From an uncultured Collinsella sp. (GTDB lineage Bacteria; Actinomycetota; Coriobacteriia; Coriobacteriales; Coriobacteriaceae), in NCBI GenBank assembly GCA_900754075.1, contig CAAEBN010000017.1:10688-74687 (forward strand): a stretch of 64,000 nucleotides of DNA, given 5' to 3'. The notes beneath the pieces were generated by a model that had not been told where the DNA came from, did no database searches, and saw only the letters and a list, made by a program, of their open reading frames with translations. The position numbers were made by a program, and so were the translations under genes. Below are positions 55,588 through 64,000 of this stretch, piece by piece. Numbering within the stretch: position 1 is the stretch's first letter; the number at the start of each line of letters is the position of its first letter.

Positions 55588-56625
55588 CTCATTGGGGACA
55601 GACTTACATGAGTGCATTTACTCATTTGGGACAGACATTGTTTTGCCATTTTGCCGCTCTGGGCTTGTTATTACCGCTCATCGGATATAAATAGGTCACA
55701 GGCTCAGCATTTCGCGTTGCTTCTCTCCTTTTAGGCGTTGCCTGTACAGTTTCGGAAGGAGAGATTATGCCCCGATGCGCCCGCGCCGTTTCGATCACCG
55801 GCTATTACCATGTCTTTGACCGCGGTAACTCCAAACAGATTATTTTTTGAAGATGACTCCGACCGCTATCGCTTCTTATCGGATATCTCGGAGAGGTTCG
55901 TGCGCTATGAAGTGGCGGTGTTGGCTTGGTGCCTTATGGACAACCACTTTCATTTGATGGTTGATGACCCATATGACAACCTTTCAAAGGCGATGCAGTG
56001 CGCATTGACGGCATATGCTAAGTATTTCAATGGAAAAACGGGGAGAACGGGGCATCTGTTTGACAATCGCTATTCGCGGGTCGCGGTTGAGTCGGACACG
56101 CAGGCAGTGCAGCTGCTCGATTATATCCATCTCAATCCCGTAAAAGGCGCGCTTGACTCACTCGAAGCGTACCGTTGGTCAAGCTACAAGGCATATCAGT
56201 TGGGCTATGATCCCTTTGACATCTGTGATGCGGCCCCTATGCTCGATATTGTCGGAGGCTCCCGTCGCTATTGCGAGCATCTCAAGGAAGTTGCCGAGCG
56301 CATCTGGTCGGTGGAGGTCCTTCCACGCCGGCGGATTCCCGATGAGGAGGCCTTTTCCGTTGCGCGCGAAGTCCTGCCGAGCATAGATCCTGCGCTGCTC
56401 AAGGCTCTGCCACGCCCCGAACGCGATGCCTGTCTTCTGAGGCTCAGGCGGGCGCATCTCACGGTCAAGCAAATTGCCCGTATCACCGGTATCGGCGCTA
56501 CAAGCGTGACCAAGGCCACCATAGGCTGGAATGAGGCAGCGTGAGGCAGGGGCGAACCGCTGCCGGCACGCGTTATGTCTGTCACAAATGCGTGAAAACA
56601 CTCATGTAAGTCTGTCCCCAATGAG
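55588..56625 (+). mobile_element. IS200/IS605-RAYT-like element: HuH-Y1 transposase gene flanked by 27-bp perfect terminal inverted repeats (REPtron-like)
   Basis: CTCATTGGGGACAGACTTACATGAGTG at 55588-55614 is the exact reverse complement of 56599-56625. Imperfect inner subterminal repeats at 55622-55641 and 56574-56593 (CATTTGGGACAGACAT / ATGTCTGTCACAAATG). Encloses the transposase ORF. Confidence 0.8.
55767..56544 (+). pseudogene. tnpA: IS200-like HuH tyrosine (Y1) transposase with C-terminal HTH, disrupted by +1 T in a T6 homopolymer
   Basis: ATG 55767 (SD GGAAGGAGAG) opens MPRCARAVSITGYYHVFDRGNSKQIIF, the canonical Y1 N-terminus, then hits TGA at 55848. The family-conserved continuation (EDDSDRY…HFHLMV…LDYIHLNPV…) is in the +1 frame (ORF-track 55738..56544). 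A T5 tract instead of T6 at 55843-55848 would restore a 259-aa ORF. Confidence 0.75.
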
Positions 56626-56628
56626 TGC

Positions 56629-56657
56629 AAAAAAGCGCCCTCCACATGAGAGGACGC
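56629..56657 (-). terminator. intrinsic terminator after rpmB (minus strand)
   Basis: On the - strand: GCGTCCTC-TCATGTG-GAGGGCGC followed by TTTTTT. Lies 4 nt from the IS right end. Confidence 0.7.
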
Positions 56658-56729
56658 CTTTGGTAAGTTCTATGTGAACGCGAGGTCTTTGGCCCGGAGA
56701 GTCCGAGGTACTTGTTGGTAAGACCTTAT

Positions 56730-56918
56730 TTAGGAGCGCGCAACCTTGCCGGACTTGAGGCAGGTGGAGCAAACGTTCATCTTGCGACGGTGACCATCGA
56801 CGACGACGTAGACGCGCTGGATGTTGGGGCGGAACTTACGGTTGGTGACGCGGTGAGAGTGGCTGATGGAGCGACCGGCAACGGGGTGCTTACCGCAAAC
56901 TTCGCAAACTTTGGACAT
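56730..56918 (-). CDS. rpmB: 50S ribosomal protein L28
   Basis: MSKVCEVCGKHPVAGRSISHSHRVTNRKFRPNIQRVYVVVDGHRRKMNVCSTCLKSGKVARS. ATG 56918..56916 follows AAGGAGGG; the ORF-track start at 56990 is an extension. Confidence 0.95.
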   Translation of the reverse strand: MSKVCEVCGKHPVAGRSISHSHRVTNRKFRPNIQRVYVVVDGHRRKMNVCSTCLKSGKVARS

Positions 56919-57269
56919 AACTGACCCTCCTTGGGCGACAAACGAACATGTCGCGTTAACAAACAAGCCTGAACTATAGCACAGAAGCATGTCTCTGTGC
57001 GCAATCTACACAGAGATATTCCTCTTTTGGCGATAGTGCCCACGCCACGGCCCTGGACGTAGATCCGATTTGCGTGCGGCAGAGGGGATTATGCCAGCTC
57101 GCAACAAGGTTTTCAAGCGCGTCCCACAAATATATATAGGTTTATGGAGCGATTGGCTCCGTTTACGGATTGACTAGTATTTATGCTCGCAATTGAGCCC
57201 GAGGTTGGCTACACTATGCCTTGACCATTAAAGGGGTACGAGATACCCACATGGAATTACATAGCTGTC

Positions 57270-57335
57270 AATGAGCAGTACTTCCTGTGGGTGTCTGGTT
57301 CCGCTTTGAGCGGTCGGGCATCTATTTTTTTGACT
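57270..57335 (+). promoter_or_regulatory. putative PyrR-responsive attenuator in pyr operon leader (hairpin plus T7 tract)
   Basis: UUCCUGUGGGUG (loose match to the PyrR box UCCNGNGAGG), then hairpin CCGC-TTTGA-GCGG and TTTTTTT at 57325-57331, ~40 nt upstream of pyrR. Confidence 0.4.
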
Positions 57336-57358
57336 GTGTCAGCAGTCAAGACATGTGA

Positions 57359-58887
<1,529 letters not shown>

Positions 58888-58904
<17 letters not shown>

Positions 58905-60177
58905 GAATGCCCACGTCGTCGATCCGTCCGTCGAGCTTGACGGTGTCGTTGACGTCCTGATCGACGGCGACAAGATCGCCGAGGTCGGCGAGAACCTCGC
59001 CGCCGAGGGAGCCGAGGTCCGCGACCTTTCCGGTAAGTACCTCGTCCCTGGTCTGGTGGACATGCACGTCCACCTGCGCGAGCCCGGCTACGAGGTCAAA
59101 GAGGACATCGAGAGCGGCACCCGCGCAGCTGCCAAGGGCGGCTTCACCGGCGTGTGCGCCATGCCCAACACCGACCCTGTTACCGATAACGGTACCGTCG
59201 TTGAGTTCGTCAAGTCCCGCGCTGCCGAGGTCGGCCACTGCCGCGTCTATCCTTCTGGCGCCATGACCCGCGGTCTTAAGGGCGAGGCTATGTCCGAGAT
59301 GGGCGATATGGTCGCTCACGGCGCCGTCGCCTTCACCGACGACGGTCGCGGCGTGCAGGGTGCAGGCATGCTCCGTCGTTGCATGGACTACGGCAAGATG
59401 TTCGGCAAGGTCTTTATGAGCCATTGCCAGGACGAGGACCTGGTCGGTCACGGCCAGATCAACGAGGGCAAGGTCTCTACCCGTCTGGCCCTCGAGGGCT
59501 GGCCGGCGGCGGGCGAGGAGCTGCAGATCGCCCGCGATATCGAGATCGCCAAGTTGACCGGTGCCAAGCTGCACATCCAGCACATCTCCACTGCGCATGG
59601 CCTGGAGCTCGTGCGTGCCGGTAAGGCAGCTGGCGTGCAGGTCACCTGCGAGGCTACCCCGCACCACATGTTCCTGACCGAGAACGACCTGGACGAGACC
59701 TACAACACCTCGCTCAAGGTCAACCCGCCGCTGCGTACCGATGAAGACGCCGAGGCTATCCGTCAGGGCGTCATCGACGGCACCGTCGACGTCATCGTCA
59801 CCGACCACGCTCCCCACACTCCGTGGGAGAAGGCTCGTGAGTTCGAGCTTGCGCCCTTCGGCATGATCGGCCTCGAGACCTCGCTGTCGCTCGTGCTCAC
59901 CGAGCTGGTCAACACGGGCAAGATGGGCATGGGTCGCATGGTCGAGCTCATGGCCATCAAGCCGCGCGAGATCCTGGGTCTGGACCAGGTTCAGGTCAAG
60001 GCGGGCTCCGTTGCCGACCTGACCGTGTTCGACGCGTCCGCCACCTGGACGGTTGGCGAGGACGGCTACGAGTCGCGCGCCGAGAACTCCGGTTTTGCCG
60101 GCCGCACGCTCACCGGTCGTGCCACCGATGTGTTTGTCGGCGGTAAGCAGACGCTTGCCGACGGCTGCATCTGCTAG
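58888..60177 (+). CDS. pyrC: dihydroorotase
   Basis: Metal-binding DMHVHLREPG and overall amidohydrolase DHOase sequence. ATG 58888 follows GGAGGTG. Confidence 0.95.
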
Positions 60178-60197
60178 CATAGCCTTATCGCTTTTGT

Positions 60198-60230
60198 GCG
60201 CGGCGCCCTTGCGGTGCCGCGCTTTCTGTT
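60198..60230 (+). terminator. terminator-like hairpin inside the pyr operon, between pyrC and pyrK
   Basis: GCGCGGCGCC-CTTGC-GGTGCCGCGC (10-bp stem, one mismatch) followed by TTTCTGTT. Possible partial terminator or processing site. Confidence 0.4.
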
Positions 60231-60269
60231 CGCCTGAACCATGCAACCGCATGGGGGATTGGAGCGTCT

Positions 60270-61061
60270 ATGCCCACACCTTCCACTGCACGCATGCACG
60301 ACTTCGAGGTCGTCTCGAACCAGGAGATCGCCGACGGCATCTTCTCGCTCGTTATCTCGGCCCCCAAGCTTGCAAGTGCGCTCAAGCCCGGTCAGTTCGT
60401 GAATATCGCCGTGCCGGGCGATGCTTCCTCGCTGCTTCGCGTGCCCCTGAGCTTCTATCGTGCCGACGCCGAGGCCGGCACCGTCGAGCTGTGGTACGCC
60501 GTCGTGGGCGATGATACCCGTCGTCTGTCGCAGATGGCCCCTGGCTCCACCTCCAACCTGCTGGGCCCTGGCGGCCGCGGCTGGTTCGTGCCCGAGGGCA
60601 CCAGGAAAGCACTGCTCGTCGCCGGCGGCATTGGCGTTCCGCCCGTGCTCTGCCTGGCTGACATGCTTGCTAAGCAGGGTGTAGCCGTCGACGTGTGCCT
60701 GGGCTTTGGCACCGCGTCCAAGGCCGTGGGCGTCGATGAGTTCCGCGCGCTTGGCGCCACGGTTAACGTGTGCACCGATGATGGCACGCTGGGCACGCAC
60801 GGTTTTTGCACCGACCCGGCAGCCGAGCTGCTCGGAGAGGGCGGCTACGACTATGTGGCCAGCTGCGGCCCCGCTGTCATGATGAAGAAAGTCGCCGCCG
60901 CTGCCGCCGAGGCCGGTGCGTACTGCGAGGTGTCGCTCGAGCGCATGATGAGCTGTGGCTTTGGCGCCTGCAACACCTGCAATGTCGAGACGGTCGACGG
61001 TATGAAGGGTGCTTGCATGTGCGGCCCCGTGTTCGATGCTTCCAAGGTGGTGGTCTTCTAG
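60270..61061 (+). CDS. pyrK: dihydroorotate dehydrogenase electron-transfer subunit
   Basis: FAD/NAD-binding ferredoxin-reductase fold and C-terminal [2Fe-2S] cysteines (…CGFGACNTCNV…GACMCGP…). Confidence 0.9.
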   Translation: MPTPSTARMHDFEVVSNQEIADGIFSLVISAPKLASALKPGQFVNIAVPGDASSLLRVPLSFYRADAEAGTVELWYAVVGDDTRRLSQMAPGSTSNLLGPGGRGWFVPEGTRKALLVAGGIGVPPVLCLADMLAKQGVAVDVCLGFGTASKAVGVDEFRALGATVNVCTDDGTLGTHGFCTDPAAELLGEGGYDYVASCGPAVMMKKVAAAAAEAGAYCEVSLERMMSCGFGACNTCNVETVDGMKGACMCGPVFDASKVVVF

Positions 61062-61984
61062 TGGGTACCGTGAACATGGCCGTCGATTTCGGCGGCGTCA
61101 AGATGCAGAACCCCATCAACACCGCAGCCGGTACCTTTGGCTACGGTTGGCAGTTCCAGAACTTCTTCGATGTCTCCCAGCTGGGCGCCATCACCACCAA
61201 GGGTTGCGCTGCCGAGCCCTGGCCCGGCAACCCCGCGCCCCGTATGGCCGAGATTCCCGGCGGCATGATCAACTCCGTGGGCCTTCAGAACCCTGGCGTG
61301 GCTGCCTTTGCCCGTGAGTCCGGTCCGTGGCTGGAGCAGCTCTCCAAGGACGGTTGCCAGGTCATCTGCCAGGTTGCCGGTCATTCCGTGGACGAGTTTG
61401 TCCGTGCGCTAGAGATGTATGTCGAGCTGTGCCCCTGGGCTGCCGGCTACGAGATCAACGTGAGCTGCCCTAATATCGCCGCCGGCGGTGCCGCCATGGG
61501 CTCCACGCCCGAGGGCGCCTCTTCCGTTATGGCTGCCTGCCGCAAGGTGACCGATAAGCCGCTGTTCGTGAAGATGGCGCCGGTCAACGTCGCCGAGATT
61601 GCCAAGGCCCTCGAGGCTGCCGGTGCCGACGGCCTTTCAGTCATCAACTCCATCCAGGGCATGGCCATCGACGTCCATACCCGCAAGTCCCGCGTGGCCA
61701 AGCCCAAGGGCGGCCTTTCGGGCCCGCTGTGCCACCACATCGCCGTGCGCATGGTCTGGGAGGTTGCCCAGGCTGTCGATATCCCCATCAACGGTGTCGG
61801 CGGTGTCATGACCGGCGAAGATGCGGCCGAGTTTATCCTGGCCGGCGCCACCTGCGTGTCGGTCGGCATGGCCAACTTCGTCGATCCGTGCGCTTCGCTC
61901 AAGATCGCGCACGAGCTCGAGGCCTGGGCCGAGTCTCAGGGCGTGAAGGACATCAACGAACTGGTAGGTGCGTTCGAATGCTAG
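61061..61984 (+). CDS. pyrD: dihydroorotate dehydrogenase (class 1B) catalytic subunit
   Basis: …MQNPINTAAGTFGYG…GAITTKG… TIM-barrel DHODH motifs. GTG 61061 overlaps the pyrK stop (TAGTG) and follows AAGGTGGTGG. Confidence 0.9.
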   Translation: MGTVNMAVDFGGVKMQNPINTAAGTFGYGWQFQNFFDVSQLGAITTKGCAAEPWPGNPAPRMAEIPGGMINSVGLQNPGVAAFARESGPWLEQLSKDGCQVICQVAGHSVDEFVRALEMYVELCPWAAGYEINVSCPNIAAGGAAMGSTPEGASSVMAACRKVTDKPLFVKMAPVNVAEIAKALEAAGADGLSVINSIQGMAIDVHTRKSRVAKPKGGLSGPLCHHIAVRMVWEVAQAVDIPINGVGGVMTGEDAAEFILAGATCVSVGMANFVDPCASLKIAHELEAWAESQGVKDINELVGAFEC

Positions 61985-62694
61985 AGACCGATGCCCGCGA
62001 CCGTGTTATCGTCGCCCTCGACTGCGACCGTGAGCGTGCGCTCGAGCTTGCCCACGAGCTTTCGGGCCATGCCGCCTGGCTCAAGGTTGGCATGACGCTC
62101 TATTACGCCGAGGGTCCTGAGATCGTCAAGACGTTCAAGGATTTGGGCTTTAAGGTCTTCCTTGACCTCAAGTTCCATGATATTCCGCATCAGGTTCGCG
62201 GTGCCGCCCGCTCGGCCTCGCTTGCCGGTGCCGATCTGCTTTCGGTCCACGGCTTGGGTTCGGGCGCCATGCTCGCTGCCTGCCGCGAGGGCGCCGAGGA
62301 GGCGCGCGAGGACCGCGCCAAGCTCGTCGCCATCACCGTGCTCACGAGCATGAACCAGGATGCCTTGAGCGAGATCGGCGTCGAGTCGCCCGTGGCCGAG
62401 GAGGCCGCCCGCCTGGCAAAGCTCGCTCAGGCCAACGGCATCGACGGTATCGTGTGCTCGCCGATGGAGGCTCACGACATGCGTGAGCTGCTGGGTCCCG
62501 ATGCCCTGATCGTGACTCCGGGTGTGCGTCCGGTGGGTGCCGCCCTTGGTGACCAGTCCCGCGTGGCGACGCCTTCCCAGGCTATCGAGCGTGGCGCAAG
62601 CCACATTGTGGTGGGCCGCCCCATTACCGGCGCCGACGATCCGGTTGCCGCATTTGACGCTATCGTTGCCGAGCTGGTCGAAAACGTCGCTTAA
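61978..62694 (+). CDS. pyrF: orotidine 5'-phosphate decarboxylase
   Basis: …RVIVALDCD…LKVGMTLYY…FLDLKFHDIP… OMPDC motifs. ATG overlaps the pyrD stop (ATGCTAG). Confidence 0.9.
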   Translation: MLETDARDRVIVALDCDRERALELAHELSGHAAWLKVGMTLYYAEGPEIVKTFKDLGFKVFLDLKFHDIPHQVRGAARSASLAGADLLSVHGLGSGAMLAACREGAEEAREDRAKLVAITVLTSMNQDALSEIGVESPVAEEAARLAKLAQANGIDGIVCSPMEAHDMRELLGPDALIVTPGVRPVGAALGDQSRVATPSQAIERGASHIVVGRPITGADDPVAAFDAIVAELVENVA

Positions 62695-62740
62695 AAGATT
62701 CCCTTAAGTCACCACTTTTGGGTCTCATTAGCACAAATTA

Positions 62741-62809
62741 GCCCCTGTGCCTGCGAAAACTTTCCCATCCTTTGTGTGGAATCGCAGGTCAGGGGCTCAT
62801 CTTTTAGCG
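62741..62809 (+). terminator. intrinsic terminator after pyrF (long bulged hairpin plus CATCTTTT)
   Basis: AGCCCCTGTGCCTGCGA … TCGCAGGTCAGGGGCT followed by CATCTTTTAG. Confidence 0.6.
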
Positions 62810-62933
62810 CGATATATTGCACTTTTTGCGGGTATCGTCTAACCTATGGAGCCGCGATTGGCCATTTTGTACGTTTTACGTGCTAAAATGCCAAATATTG
62901 AATCAGATATAACCCAACTATTTGGAGGTACGA

Positions 62934-63242
62934 ATGGCACTCCCTCAGCTTACCGATGAGCAGCGCAAGCAGGCTCTTGAGAAGGCTGCCGCCGCGCGTC
63001 ACGCTCGCGCAGAGCTCCGTGAGCAGATCAAGAAGGGCGAGAAGTCCCTCGAGTCCGTGCTCAACTCCGATGACCCCATTGCTTCCCGCATGAAGGTTTC
63101 CACCCTCATCGAGTCTCTCCCCGGTTACGGCAAGGCCAAGGCCGCCAAGATCATGGAGGAGCTCGGCATCTCCGCTACCCGTCGCGTCCAGGGCCTTGGC
63201 GTCCGTCAGCGCGAGCAGCTCCTCGAGCAGCTGACCAAATAA
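62934..63242 (+). CDS. mihF: actinobacterial integration host factor mIHF
   Basis: MALPQLTDEQRKQALEKAAAARHARAELREQIKKGE… matches mIHF. ATG 62934 follows GGAGG; lies upstream of gmk-rpoZ, as in actinobacteria. Confidence 0.85.
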   Translation: MALPQLTDEQRKQALEKAAAARHARAELREQIKKGEKSLESVLNSDDPIASRMKVSTLIESLPGYGKAKAAKIMEELGISATRRVQGLGVRQREQLLEQLTK

Positions 63243-63812
63243 GTGAGCGCTCAGGATTCAAAGCTCTTTGTGATTTCTGGACCGTCAGGCGCGGGCAAGG
63301 GCACGCTCGTCACTCGTGTGCGCGAGCGTCGCTCTAACCTGGGCCTGACGGTTTCGGCTACCACGCGAGCCCCACGTAAAGGCGAGGTCGATGGCGTCAA
63401 TTACTTTTTCCTGACGCGCGAGGAGTTCGACCGCCGCGTGGCAAACGGTGAGTTTGTTGAGTGGGCCGAGGTCCACGGTAACTGCTACGGCACGTTGGTG
63501 AGCGAGGTTCAGTCCAAGCTCGCCTCTGGTTCGTCTCTCATCTTGGAGATCGATGTTCAGGGTGCCCTGCAGGTCAAGGAGCGTTTCCCCGAGGCCGTGT
63601 TGATCTTTATCAAGCCACCCTCGCTCGAGGTGCTCCGCGAGCGTCTGGTCGGTCGCGGTACCGAGACGCCCGAGACAATTGAGCTGCGTATGGCAAACGC
63701 CGCCCATGAGCTTGCCCTTGCCGACCGCTACGACGACGTCGTGGTGAATGACGATCTCGACCGCGCGACCGACGAGCTCGTTCGCGTTCTCGATATGCAT
63801 GAAAGGATCTGA
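63243..63812 (+). CDS. gmk: guanylate kinase
   Basis: P-loop ISGPSGAGKGTL and GMP-binding motifs. Confidence 0.95.
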   Translation: MSAQDSKLFVISGPSGAGKGTLVTRVRERRSNLGLTVSATTRAPRKGEVDGVNYFFLTREEFDRRVANGEFVEWAEVHGNCYGTLVSEVQSKLASGSSLILEIDVQGALQVKERFPEAVLIFIKPPSLEVLRERLVGRGTETPETIELRMANAAHELALADRYDDVVVNDDLDRATDELVRVLDMHERI

Positions 63813-63816
63813 GGTC

Positions 63817-64000
63817 CGTGTCCGTTGTAAAGCCTTGCATTGACGATCTTCTGGAGAAGACCGATCACAACCGCTTCTTGCTCGCTTCGCTTGCCTCCAA
63901 GCGTGCCTGCGACATCAATAGCATGCTGCGTGGCCAGCATAACCGCGTGCTTGCCGTTCAGGATGTCGACGACATCACCATCGCGCTCTCTGGCGCCGAT
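63817..64000 (+). CDS. rpoZ: DNA-directed RNA polymerase subunit omega, 5' portion (runs off the window)
   Basis: GTG 63817 opens VSVVKPCIDDLLEKTDHNRFLLASLASKRACDIN…, the RpoZ signature. Conserved gmk-rpoZ order. Confidence 0.65.

Overview
High-GC (~63%) chromosomal window on the + strand, almost entirely core housekeeping genes with actinobacterial / Gram-positive synteny. Gene content and the mIHF gene suggest a Coriobacteriia-like actinobacterium; this lineage call is inference. Gene order: shikimate-pathway genes on the - strand (aroA', aroB, tyrA, DAHP synthase), a tRNA-Arg(CCG), a P-type cation ATPase, a small cluster of membrane/hypothetical proteins around a cyclophilin, the mreB-mreC-mreD-PBP2-rodA cell-shape operon, an uncharacterised radical-SAM pair (TIGR03960/TIGR03936-like), rplU-rpmA-obg-nadD-yqeK-rsfS, dinB (- strand), rpsP-KH-rimM-trmD-lepB, glyQ-glyS, a PPDK regulatory protein and ppdK, rplS, rnhB-yraN-comM-dprA-trmFO-xerC, rpsB-tsf-pyrH-frr-uppS-cdsA-dxr-rseP-ispG-proS, an APH-like kinase (- strand), adhE (- strand), rpmB (- strand), the pyrR-pyrB-pyrC-pyrK-pyrD-pyrF operon, mIHF, gmk and the start of rpoZ. 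The only clearly accessory feature is a ~1 kb IS200/RAYT-like element at 55588-56625. It has 27-bp perfect terminal inverted repeats and an HuH-Y1 transposase gene broken by a one-base T-homopolymer frameshift, and it sits between the rpmB terminator and the adhE upstream region. Other notable signals are long perfect inverted repeats at 6425-6501 and 31525-31631, an 18-bp perfect palindrome with TTTACC direct repeats upstream of ppdK, a Xer recombinase whose conserved N-terminus has no canonical in-frame start, and several conserved proteins of unknown function. No CRISPR array, prophage or obvious defence/toxin system was seen. Many long ORFs antisense to real genes are GC-driven artefacts.
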